A DNA stretch of 64,000 bases from Podarcis cretensis (taxonomy: Eukaryota). Every line of letters begins with the position of its first letter. The first letter of the stretch is position 1. Of this stretch, positions 15,001-28,292 are shown piece after piece. The translations under genes were made by a program, and so were the position numbers. The notes under the pieces are model-generated. The model was not told where the DNA came from. It searched no databases and saw only the letters and a program-made list of their open reading frames with translations. Location: assembly GCA_951804945.1 (NCBI GenBank), contig OX638149.1, forward strand, positions 106,640,001 to 106,704,000, in the 5' to 3' direction.

Positions 15001-15412
15001 CTCTTCCGGGAACAGCCTCCCCTACAGTCGTTTTCAACTCAGGATTAGCAGGTAAGAAGCAGCCAGTGTTGCTGGCGTGCCAGGGAAGTCCTATACACAA
15101 TACAAAAAATGTCCTTGGTCAAAGAGGAATGAGTCAGAATGGATGTTATGAAAAAGTGCTCCAAAGTCTTCACTGCTTAATGAATCAAGGTGTCCCAGTG
15201 CTGCAAAACCTTAGCTGCAGCAGTGAATTAAAAGCAAAATAACTTTCTAAAGAAATGACAAGAGGTAAGGTGATGGCCTATTCTCAGTGAAGGTTTGGGG
15301 AGAGGCAGATTTTTTGAAACTAAATCTCTGTGTTGTTTTGCTGCATCTTCTCAAAGGAGAGATGGTGAGCACCTGATGGAGCCAATACAAAGGTTGAACA
15401 CTTAAGAGATAT

Positions 15413-15456
<44 letters not shown>

Positions 15457-18400
15457 CTTATTATTTATACCCCGCCCATCTGGCTGAGTTTCCCCAACAA
15501 CAACAACAACAACAACAACTTATTATTTATACCCCGCCCATCTGGCTGAGTTTCCCCAGCCACTCTGGGCGGCTCCCAATCAAGTGTTAAAAACAGTACA
15601 GCGTTAAATATTAAAAACTTCCCTGAACAGGGCTGCCTTAAGATGTCTTCTGAATGTCAGGTAGTTGTTTATCTCTTTGACATCTGATGATTCCCATCCC
15701 TCCCTCACCATTCTGCAGATTATGAGTAGCTAGCAGAAAAATGCTTTGATTTTAAATGGAGGCTTTATACCGTTGCTACAATCCCTTCATGTTATCTCAC
15801 TGGTGGTGGAAAAGTGTTATCTCCAAATTTGGGGTTCTGAAGATAGGAGGCAGGCATCTCTCAGAAAAGTGTGAGTGGGTTTGCTAAGGAACTGAGCAAG
15901 CGATTGAATACTCGTTGGTATTTTACAGTTTAGGTCATGGAACAATATGATAATTGCAGACTTAGAAAGCCCAGGTACTCATCCCTAATATATATATGTT
16001 TAAAAGCAGGTGGCTGGTTCTTTATTTTAAACCTTCTCTGATATCCCTTAAAAACAGGCAGAATTTGGATGCCTCTGTGCCACTGAGAAATTTATTTGGA
16101 ATAATAGCTTGAAGTAGCCAAGGCTAAAGCACTCAAGTGAATGTGTGTTCCCCCCGCCCCACCTTCCTCTTCCTGCATTGAGTCCAACATCAACAGTTGC
16201 TCATCCTCTGATAGTAGAGGTGAACTTGGAAGATGAGAGATTCAATTTCTGGTTCTTCAGTGGCATTGCACTGGCTGTGTAGCTCCAGCCTATTCCCCCT
16301 CCCCCTTCAATTTACAACCCTTGGCTTGGTTTTGTCATTAGTCACAACCCTCTTTGCAAATCTGATGTTCATTCAGCCTGCTAATACTCTATCTATTGCC
16401 TCACTGCAATTAATACAGTTTCTGTTGACTTGAGCACAATTTGGAAGAATTAAAAAAATCATGAATCAGGCCGGCCCATTAACATCCCTGGACAAAACTT
16501 CATTAATGAAGAAAGACCCTCAACATAGTTGGAAAACTTAACACCACAGTTCTGGGTTTGGTCCTGAGGCTGAATCTAGAGCCATTTTTGATGTCTTATT
16601 GAAAATGACAGCCACTGGGAACTGAAATTAATTCAGAACAGTTGGGTTTTGATCTCCTGCCTGTATATGAAGGAAATATGTTGCAGGGGGAAATCTAACA
16701 AAATAAAATAAAAAACAGCCTGGCTGGATCACGCCAATGGCCCATTTAGTCCAGCATCCTGTTCTTACAGTGGTCAACCAGATGCCTGTTTGAAGCACAC
16801 AAACAGGACCTGAATGCCACAGAACTCTCCCCTTTGGTTTCTAGCAGCTGGTATTCAGAAGCATACTGCCTCCCACAGTGGAGATGGAACATAGTCCATC
16901 AGATTAGTAGCCACTGACAGCCTTAGCCTCCCTGAATTTCTCTAAACCTATTTTAAAGGCATCCAAGTTGGTGGCCATCTTCTCCTTTTGGGAAACATAT
17001 TGGTGCTTCAGGAAATGAATGCTCCATATACAGTGGTACCTCGGGTTAAGTACTTAATTCGTTCTGGAGGTCCGTTCTTAACCTGAAACTGTTCTTAACC
17101 TGAAGCACCACTTTAGCTAATGGGGCCTCCCGCTGCTGCCGCGCCGCCGGTACCCGATTTCTGTTCTCATCCTGAAGCAAAGTTCTTAACCCAAGGTAAT
17201 ATTTCTGTGTTAGCGGAGTCTGTAACCTGAAGCGTATGTAACCCGAGGTACCACTGTATTGGGCTTCAGTAGTTTATTTGTTGGTAAACTAATTCTAGGT
17301 TATTGTTTTGGCTTAATTCTTTATGGCTTTGTTTGCAATCTTCCCATATAAATAAGTTGGGTAAAGTGTAGCTTCCAAATAATACTGTTTACTGCAGAAT
17401 TAATATGGTACTGGACCACCCAACAATGGATGCTACGTTTTGTTTGATACTTAAATGAAATCCATAGAAGGCTTTTGGTGGGCACATGCCTCATCCATTG
17501 CTGATCTGCTACACTAAGATAACCTCAAGTAGGAAAATGCAATTTACCTTAACGGGTGATGTTAGGTAAATACCTGTTACCATGGGTAGGCTGCCCGGTC
17601 CATAAACTCTATACGCCTAAGTGCAATTGATTATTTCTATGTAGAAAAATGATAATGTGTGAAGTGGTATTCAGGAGCCCTGATTTGTGATAATAGATTG
17701 TTCTATTAAATGACCTACGTAACCCTAGCTAACCTTTTTCTTATTTATTCCCTCTGCTTCCTTGTAAGATGGGCCAATCAAGCTTTTCTGTAGGTTCCTT
17801 TTTGCTGAGTATTTTAAGTACATTTTAATCCCATTTTCTGCTGTCTTCTTTTCCTGTCTTGTTAACCAAATCCATTTGTGTATCACTTTAAAAACTAGCT
17901 TGCTGTGTTTTTGCATTCTCCGAAAGCGTGGGATGTTTGTTTGACTTGTTGTGGTGCAAAAGCTCTGTTTAGGAGAAAAGGGGTTTCCTAACAACTCTCC
18001 ACACCCTTAACAAGCTATACTTCTTAAGATTGATTGGGGGGAGCCATGACTGTTTAAAGTTGTATCATTGCTGTTTTCTATGTGTGGTGTGTATGTGGCC
18101 TTGGTTTTTCCATAAAATAGAAACTCTAGGGTATTCTAAGGCATATCATTGCATGCAGCATTGCATCTTATGTTAGAGACTCATCAAGATCAATCACTTG
18201 GCTACCTTCAAACAGAAATATTCTTAATATACCTTCCCTTCGTGATGTCACCGCACATCCAAACAAGTGCATCTTTTAAGCAAATGAGAAGTAGCTTCAG
18301 ACCTTTGAGTGGATAGTGACATCATCACATAATATCGGGCTCACTGCCTATCAAATTGTAATTCGCAGCTCCAGTTTTGACAGCTGACAAAAGATGTGTG

Positions 18401-21400
18401 GAAATTTGCTTAAAATTAGTGGATGAATTTGTGGAATCTATTACAAATGTATCCCCAGTCTGAAATTTTGCACAAGGGTTTTGGTGCATTATAGGGGAAA
18501 GGGGGGGGGGAAGGATAGATAATAAGACATTTGGGGTGTACACATTCCCAGTCATCATACGTGAACAATAGTCTCCTTTGGGAATGTGAGTTTGCCCATG
18601 GTAAAATTCACTAGGTATGCTTTGCTTGACGGTGGACATAACAACTGCATGTTTCCAACTTCACTTTCCTGGCTAAGTAGCTTCTTCAAAACTGGAGGAG
18701 TAAGAAGCAGGGGCTTCTTGACTGTGTGAAGCTTGCAAAAATGTTAACAATTCACTAATTTAGTTTTAAATTCATGCTGTCAAATTGATAAACTGCTTGT
18801 CCCACTAAATAATAATATACATTGTGGCAAAATAAGCTAGGATTTTCTCTGGCAATACTTGATACTACCTTTGTAGCGCAGGATTTTATCTACTGTTGCA
18901 AAACACTGTGCATTGGAATCTGCACTGTGTGTGTCCAGTTTCAAACTGGAGTTGGTCCTTAATGACATGAAGGTGAGGAAGGAGCTGGTTGAGTTGATTA
19001 ATTAACCAAATTGCTTAAAGCTTCAGAACCAATTTAAAACTTCTGCCATAATTGATGTTTTCAGTGGCAAATGTTCTCTAGAATGTCATTTCCTGAATTT
19101 TATGTGCGCATCCCCTGAACTTCATGAAGATTAATGCTTACAGTGAATGAGTTACTAATTGCTGGATATTTCCAGCGATGGACATTTAATCAGTCCCCTT
19201 GGCTCTTAGGGTTAGGAAGTTTCTCCACCCCTTAGTAATTAACCTAAATTTTCCTGCTTCAGCTTATTATTCTTTGTCCACTGGTTAATGGGGAAGGCAT
19301 GTCTTCAGAGCTGCTTTGGAAAATGTAGTAGACAATCACAATGAGAGATGGTCAAAGTAACAAATAATCCAAGAAATGATTGTGCCGAGACTGGAGAGTG
19401 TTCCTTTACTGTGTAGAACACAGACTCTGGATTCTTTAAATCTGCAGCGTAGTTTCCCTGGTGGCTGCTGTCAATTCCAATTGCTTATATTCAGCTTAGA
19501 GCTTCTCTTCTTGCATTTCCAAAACACCACTTGCTTGTTTATGATTGAGGGCTCATCCACGCTTGCCTTTTGCCCTGTACTTTCTAGGCACAGGTCTGCA
19601 TTTTCCTGGTGTGTGACTGAGTGCTTCCCCCCACCCTTGCTGCTTTCCTCAGGAAAACCCAATCTTTACTGCTGAATTGGAGCAAGCAGCAATTAGGGTT
19701 TTCCACGAAGTTGTTTTTAGTGGTAAAGAATGGGAGTTTGTGGAGGAAGGACCAGGAAGGAAGGAAGGAAGGAAGGAAGGAAGGAAGGAAGGAAGGAAAC
19801 ATTTAGACACAGACCTGGAAAGCTTGGACCTGTTGCTAGAAATGTGGAGTAAAGCGAAGTATGGATGATCCCTGAGTGAGGTTTTCAGCATGGTTATGGA
19901 CTTTAAACTGGTAGTCCCAGTGAATCAGTGACACATGATGCAAATGTAACATGCAACAACTTGGACAACTTGATTGATTGTCCAAACGGCCCCAGGGTGT
20001 GTTACCAAAAAATAGTATAATTAAAAGCAAATGCAAACTTTAAAATCCTAGAATAAAACCCAAAACAACCAATGGCAAAACAGCAATCCACAGCAGTACT
20101 GTGGGATGACATCCACTCAGAAAAAAGGCCTTTGTGAAGAAGTGCATCTTGACACAAGACGTGCCTCAGAGTGGAGTTAATTCCACAACCTGGGGGCCAA
20201 CACAGAGAAGGCCCTTTCATGTGCCACTGCCATGAAGAATCATATTATTGTAGAGTTGGAAGGGACCCTGTGGATCATCCAGTTCAACCCCCTGCAATGC
20301 AGAAATTTCAACACGTGCTCCCCCCTGGACACTGCTTAGCTTTGCAAATGTGCTAGCAGTTTTATTGCTGCATGAACCACAGAAGGAGGCAGCACTGCCA
20401 ACAAGGCCTCCCCTGCTTAACAGCTGGGCAAGTTGACGTGGGAGGAGAAGCTCCTTTAGCTGTCGTGACACTGATCATGCTAAATAAAGGTACAGATCAC
20501 ACATTTGCAATCCTAATCAACAGATGCATGTTTGTGTGTACTCGCTTGCTTTTAAAATCTGGAAGGTGTTGTAGGTGCAACATATCACAATATTTTCCTG
20601 CTGGGAATTGGCAGTCTCCCGGCTCATGTCCATCACTCCATAAATGTGGCTGACACCTGACTTTCACACCTTCTAGATGCTTTGCAATAAACCTCATCCC
20701 TATCTGTTAATTCTCGTGTGGGCATTTGGGCACCACCTTTCATGAGAGAAAAATACCATATACTCACACTTAGTTTCTTTAATGGAAATGCTGAACCAGA
20801 GAAGCCATTGAGCAATCGCTCCAACTTCAAATAAGACAGAAAATGAGCTGCTCACTACAGGAAGGGGAGGAGCTCACATCTGGAAAATGATGAGGTTTTC
20901 TGCCTCTTAAATGGAGTGAGGCTAGACAGCACTCACCGGTTGGTACCTTAGTGCCCCCTCAGAAACAGCCTTCGGTTGAGTACCACTGGTGCCTTTTACA
21001 CATTTAGTGGAGACTGGAAATTTGAGTCATGTTTCTATGATTTTTAGGTAAATGTATGGTTATTCTTCCTTAAATAGGCAACTCCACATGATTTCATCCA
21101 ATAATCAGGCAATGTTCGTGTGTTGGGTTAATTTTAGTGCGGTCAGAAGAATAATAGTAGACCATCACAGGACGTAGCTAAAATCACATGGGTAAATAGA
21201 GTACAATTTTATAGACTTCCTGTAGTGATTGAATTGCGTGTTCTCATCAAATATAGGGAAAATAGGCACAATTGTACCAAAACATGCTTGTTCTTGTCAA
21301 ACCTTTGCATGAATGATAGGCAAACTTCCTGAATTAGAGAGAGAAATTGTCTCTTCTCTTCAAGCTTTCTAGCCAGCCCAAATTTTCCCCAACACTTTAC

Positions 21401-24400
21401 AGTATTTGTTTACTTCTTGCCAGGCCTCCTCCAGTGTTGAAGTGCCATCCCCCATAAGTACTTCTGGATTGCTCAAGAGGCTTGTTGCCTTTTTCTGAAA
21501 TGTGTAATTGTACTCTCTGCTTTGTTTAAAGCTGTGAAAATCAAGAAGCCAATTAAGACAAAGTTCCGCATGCCAGTTTTTAACTGGGTGGCTCTGAAAC
21601 CCAATCAGATTAACGGGACAGTCTTCAATGAAATTGATGACGAAAGGATATTGGAGGTATGAGACCTGCAGATTGTGATTTGGTGTTCTCTGTCTGTCTG
21701 TGTTTTGGAAGTTACTGTATCCTGTTAAAAAGCAGTTATTTTGACCTTGCATCATACATACCTAAAAAGTTTTAAACGCTCCATAGACCTCAGTAATCAC
21801 TCTGTTTGATGGTCTTGTTGACATTAAGGTAACTAGAGTCCTATTCTGCTGTGCTACGTGCAGTATTTTTGCTAATCTTGCAATGGACCAAGAAACTTTG
21901 CAGAGCATCAAAGCCTTCTCCTCGTCACACAGTCACCTCCCCCTTTCCCAGTGCACTACAGCTTCTACACTTTTCATTAATTGCATTTCCCCCCCATTCG
22001 ACATAGATTTCTAGACTCCTTCTTGTTTCTGTTTGGTTTCTGTCCTAGGATTTAAATGTGGATGAATTTGAAGAAATATTCAAGACAAAAGCCCAAGGCC
22101 CGGCCATTGATCTTTCTTCAAGCAAGCAAATAACTCAAAAGGGATCGAACAAAGTCACGCTATTGGAAGCAAACAGGGCTAAAAATCTTGCGATCACCTT
22201 AAGGAAAGCTGGAAAGACTGCAGATGAGATATGCAAAGCTATTCAGGCGTAAGTGTAAAGGCCGTTTTACAAAGGTGGTTTGAGGCACGTTGTATTAATT
22301 GGTCAGCAGTATTTCTGCAAGTTTGCTTAAATCCAAGGAAGATCCTCATATGCCATTAATGCTTATATATACAGTTGATCACCATAAAGCTGTTAAGCTG
22401 TGCACCCTTTTCTGGAGTAAGCCCGTTGGATTTTGCTTAGTCTGCATATATCACAGTAACACAGGGCAGGATTCACCTAATGAATCCAGTCAGTGGAAGC
22501 CCTGAACAAAGACTTCTACTTGTGCAATGGGACTCCCCCCGTTATTACACCTCCCCTCCCAAACTGGTCTTGGGGGTTTGGGAGAACCCCCAGAACAATG
22601 TGCATTGTTCATCTGGCAAGCTGAAACGCTTGCTGTGATGGAAGGACTGCCTTTACGCAATGTTGAATTCCTTCCATTATGAGAACTGTAAAAAGCAACT
22701 GGTGGTTTTCTGAAAAATGTTGTTCGTATTTTTCATCTATAATTCTTGTCATGCAAGGCTTTCATTTCTAGCAGCAATTTAAACACTATTGTGAGATAAA
22801 TATGGTAGCTATTAAAGGAATGGGAAAGGGTTAGGTTACCCCCCCCCCTTCACAGTGTTTGAATTGAGTCCAAGTGTCTTGAATGAAATGCAGATTGGTG
22901 TTGTGGTGTTTAGGCTGCGTCTGCAAATACTCAACTGGCAATAATAAAATGATCCAGTAAAACACTTTTAAAGTACCTGAAAGTCATAATGCTAAAAACA
23001 CTTCAGTGCAATGGTCATGCTGACAGCCATTCGTTTTTAAAGTCTTGCAGAAGCTGTCTTGCATGAATGTGCTTTGCATTTCTTTCAGAAGAGTGGAGTG
23101 CAGACTGATTTCCTGCAGTAAACCATTCTCTGTGTTTGAGGTTACCACAGTGAAGGCGCTCCTTTCTCCTATATCCTCCCTCTTCCATTAATGTACAAAT
23201 TCTCAGCTGAGCTTGCTGGGAGATGCTACAGGGCTGTGGGAGCACTTCCTACAGGAGGAAGCACACACCCAAATTAAGGAGCATGAAAGGTCAAAACCAG
23301 CATTTTGAGATTCAGTGCAAATGGCACCCGTGTGTAGGCTACAAATCTCAATTAAAGGGGTATGCCTTTTTTCTGCTCCTATTTACATAAAGTTCATTAT
23401 GCTTGTTGCAATCGTGTTCTTTTAGCAGCTTTAAAAATACGATTACTTGGTTTTCAGGGTGCTTCTCAGAGCAATATATAAAAAGCAACCAAGAGAGTTC
23501 TCAGTGCAGTCCTAACCATCTATATTCAGAATTTAAAAAATCCCAAGTGCCGCTTCACACTTAATATGGTAATTGTTTGCTGCGATTGTACCTGGCTTAC
23601 AGTGGTGTTTCCTACGCAAATACGTAAAATGTCAGTAACTTGTGCATGTCTTTCACTTACAGATACCCATATTCAAGTACTTAGGGACACACATCTATTC
23701 ACACTTTGCATATTGACTGCCAAAATTGCCAGTGTGAAATAATTGCGCCCACAGTTAACTTGATTATTGCATTAAGTATGCTTTGTCTGTAGAACTGATT
23801 AGTAGCTCTAATAAGATGCATTGATAGAGGAACTCTGAAAACAGAGCTCTCTGCCTCTTCCTTCCCTGTAAACATCTCTTCTTTTAAATATATTTATATA
23901 TTTATATATTTTTGCATTTGGCCAGGTTCGATTTGAAGACTCTACCAGTGGATTTTGTCGAATGCCTGATGAGATTTTTGCCCACGGAAAATGAAGTGAA
24001 AATGTTGCGGCTTTATGAGCGGGAGAGGAAGCCCCTTGAGAACCTCTCAGATGAGGATCGTTTCATGATGCAGTTCAGCAAGATCGAGAGGCTGATGCAA
24101 AAGATGACCATCATGGCATTCGTTGGCAATTTTGCAGAAAGCATCCAGATGCTGACTCCAGTGAGTGAGATGGGGAGAGAAGCTCCTTCTTGAATGGAAT
24201 TCCATGGTGTGGCTTATGCATGTGCTACGTTCCTTTTGGAGCAGTTACTTTAGTCTAGTTGTTTGTTAGAGATGGGCTGAAGTTATCCCCTGCTTGATCA
24301 TAGAATTGTAGAGTTGGAAGGGAACCCAAGGGCCAACTCCCTGCAGTGCAGGAATATTTGCTTATCTTTGACACATCACCTCTAGCAGCTGCCTGGAACT

Positions 24401-27400
24401 ACATGGTGATAAGTTCATTGTGCACCATTGCTTGCTTGCCTCTTTCTGACCCCATCGGGGCCTTCATCCTAAATTTTGTGAGCAAAGGTCTACTCAAGGC
24501 ATAAGGCCATATCTCCTCCCCCTTCATGTTGCTGTACCCTTAAAAAAATCTGTCCCTGAGTTTTGGCATTTGCTCCAGAATAGTATGGGATGTAGCAAAG
24601 GGACTGTAGCAAGCCAGCGGGTATCAACAAAAGTTGTGCACCCTCTCTTGTGTATGCAGGATTGCCTTTCTGGTTCAGATCCAGTCAGTTGTAAATAGTC
24701 ATTTGCCATATGATTCTGACCCAAGCACTATTTGGGCATTCCAGCTCACACAGTGAGAGTGCACAGCACTTGGGGTCACATGTGTTTCCCTCCCCATGTC
24801 ATTGTGGCCCATGCCAGCCCCTCCCCAATGAGGTTTGCATGTTTGAGAGGATATCAGCAGCCTACCAAACATTTGTAGGCTCTCCTTGTGACCTGCAATC
24901 CTGAGTGCTCAGGATTGCAGTTCATGAGGACAATCTACATGCATTTGGAAGGCTGACCCTACAGGCATCCTCCCAAATATCTCAAGCATCATTAGGGAGG
25001 GGCTGATGTGAGGTGTCATAGGAGCTGGGGTGAAGGACTGTGACTTGGCTTATCCAGTTAGTATTCTGTGAACCTTAATGTCTGACTAAGGCTACACATA
25101 CACACCCTGTCCCTCTTGCAGAAGCCAGTGGGTGTCCGTTTTTAGTTCACACTTGGCTTTTACAGATGTTCACATGATTTCTTGTTTTTGCCTCTAGCAA
25201 CTTCATGCAATAATTGCAGCATCTGTCTCAATAAAGTCATCTCAGAAACTCAAGAAAATCCTAGAGGCAAGTGTTTATTTTGTTTATTCAATGTTGTTGT
25301 TTTTTTAAAAAAATATTGGTGGTAAAAACACACACCCTTAAACAGTAGTCTTTAGGGGGCTATATATTTAAGTTAAATGACCCCTTTCCTTTTTATTACA
25401 GAATGTTATGTGTTATTAGTTGATGCTTACAATTTTTCCCACCCCTATGATTTCCATAGATAATCTTGGCTCTGGGTAACTATATGAACAGCAGTAAACG
25501 AGGAGCTGTTTATGGATTTAAACTGCAGAGCTTAGATCTGGTAAGTAAGGGGAAATATACCCCCTGTGGACTTGAAAGTAGCTTTGCTTGGAAGATTGTT
25601 TGCACATCCCCATTTATTTGCACAGCCTGTATGAACAACAGTGTTCTAAGCATCCTTTTAGTGAGTTGTCAGTGAGCTAGGGAAGGAATGGAGCCATTGG
25701 CTTAGATTTCTAATGTCATATTGTCAAGACAAAGGTAAATTCCAGTTCCCCATAACTTCATTACCCTCCCCTGGTTTGTTTTCTCACCATGATTAAACTC
25801 TTCCTTACCACTAACTGCATCAGGTAGACCCCCTGTACAGATTTGCAATGGCAGAGAAGTCTGTTTAGCACTCCCCTGTCTTTTCTGCCAGTTCTAGTTA
25901 TGAGTGTCTCCACTTTCTGGATAATAGCATTGGACCATTCATAAAAGCAATATTCGATGGACCCTGTTGCTAGCGGTGGGGAATGAATGCCTCTAATGAC
26001 CTGTAATAAACAATAATTACCAGTGCTATGAAAATACACCAGACAGATTTAATAAGATGACAACCTTGATTGCTTTAATGGCCTATAGTTTTCCTGATTC
26101 AGATTATTCTTTTACTTGTGGTCGTCTTCTGACAATATGATGAATTATCATGTTTAAGTAACATAAATAAATTCAAAACTATGGGCAACAATTGCAGGGG
26201 TCCTAAAATCCTTTACCTGTGGTCCTCCAGATGTTATTGGACCTCAGTTCCCATCAACATGGCAAATGATCAGAGATTATGAGAGTTCTGGTCCAACATC
26301 ATCTCAAGAGTCACATGTTCCCCTCCCCTGACCTGTAACATTCATACAGGGCTATGACATCTTCATTGCATTGCACTTATTTCATTGTGTCATGTGTCTA
26401 TTTCAGTGACCCTCCAGATGTTGTGGACTCCAACTCCCATCAGCCCCAGGGGTGGTGGGATTGTAGCTCAGCCACATCTGGAGAGTTATAGCTTTTCCAC
26501 CCTTGGTATACAGGCAGATCATGGGTTGGCTGCTAAGGAAAGTTAACTCAAGGATGTTGAAGCCGAATCTAACATACTTCTTTTGCCTCTTCTTTGCAGT
26601 TACTGGACACAAAATCGACAGACAGGAAACAAACTCTATTGCACTATATATCAAATGTTGTGAGAGAGAAATATCAGCAAGTATCGCTTTTTTACAATGA
26701 GCTTCACTATGTGGAGAAAGCTGCTGCAGGTAACATAGCCAACATTCATTTCCCAAGTACTTAAAAGCAGGTTCAGCTATGTTCTGTGGATACTGTAATA
26801 CAGTAATGCACCCATGTCCTAGGGAAAGCTACCTGTTTGGAAAAGATACCACCTTGCAGAAGACAGGTGGGCATCTTAAATGTTGTGGGCACAATAGGAT
26901 ACAGAAGCATCATAATTTTTAAATGCCTTCTTGGTTCTTGTAGCACACTGTTCCCTAAAGCTGACATGAGCCTTTCCTCTTTTCAGTAATTGGGCTCCCA
27001 CACAGTTTGTGTAAAGTCCTTAACTTCAGGTGCAAGAGATGCACATCCTGTTGGAAGGCACGTCTTGTAAATGTTGTGTGAACATACCAAACAGAAAGGA
27101 TCCTTCCGACAGAAAACTTTACACAGAGAAATCTTTACTTGGAAGGGGCATGGTGCCCACCTGACAAAATGGCCCACGAGAGGTGGAGGAGATCAGATCC
27201 TATTCTCCTCCTCCGTTCTGCATGGTCAGGGTAGAAACTGTATAGGAGTCATCAGCCCTATTGGAGCATGTGCATCTATATTGTAAAGGAGGTTTAAAAC
27301 AATACCTTCCCTGAACTACTCACCTTCCTTTTGTTTGATGCATCTCCCCCCATCCCATCTCATTCCTAGCCTTTCTGTTCCGTTCCAGTTTTGTCTCTTG

Positions 27401-28202
27401 GATGCAAAATATAAGCTCACTGGCCTGCAATTCTGGCTTGTGTGTGTGAGACCCTCCATTGTTGGCTTCTCAATTTTAATAGTAGTAGCAGGAACAACAA
27501 CCACACTTTAACAGAGATTCCCGAATTAAAACTATCCAGGGTCTCAGGCAGCTATATCTCCAGGCTTTGCTACATGAGATCTGTCTAACTGGAGATGTTA
27601 GGGCTCAATTAGGCAATGCGTAGTAACATTTTGACTGTCTTTCCCCTTCCACCCTTTAGTATCCCTTGAAAATGTTCTGTTGGATGTAAAGGAACTCCAA
27701 AGAGGTCTCGACCTAACGAAGCGAGAGTACACCATGCACGATCACAACACCATGCTGAAGGAGTTTATTCAGAACAATGAAGGGAAACTGAAGAAGCTGC
27801 AGGATGATGCAAAAATAGCTCAGGTATTCTGTGTATCCCAGCAGTTGTTCAGTGGTCTAGCTTTCAGGAACGGAGAACTTTTGTTACATTTTTCAAGCTC
27901 AAAGATGTTCCTTTTGGAGTAGGCAGGACAAGTATTCACTGATTCCCCTGTTCTAGTGTAGTGTTGTATAGTTAAGAGTGTCTAAATGAGTGAGCTTAGG
28001 CCAGTCATCCCCCCTCTGGGGGAATAGAAGGGGAACAATGAATGCTTCTCTGTGCTGCTTGAAGAAGGAAGGGTGGTTGAAAAAAACAATAGAATGTGTT
28101 TATTCTTTTGTAGTATTGATGTGACATCTGTCACTGAGAGTGACTTCACACCTTATGCAATAGCATTTCATTTAGTGGCATGTGCAATCATGCACCCTTA
28201 AA

Positions 28203-28292
<90 letters not shown>

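Noticed and set aside
14846-15100. Gly-rich ORF on the - strand
   Set aside because: It is the antisense reading of the polyproline FH1 exon
19584-19891. ORFs with FLPS or GRKE repeats
   Set aside because: Translations of the (GGAA)n microsatellite
27659-27667. U12-donor-like GTATCCCTT
   Set aside because: It spans the acceptor G and the first codons (V-S-L) of a normal exon; no matching U12 intron is needed
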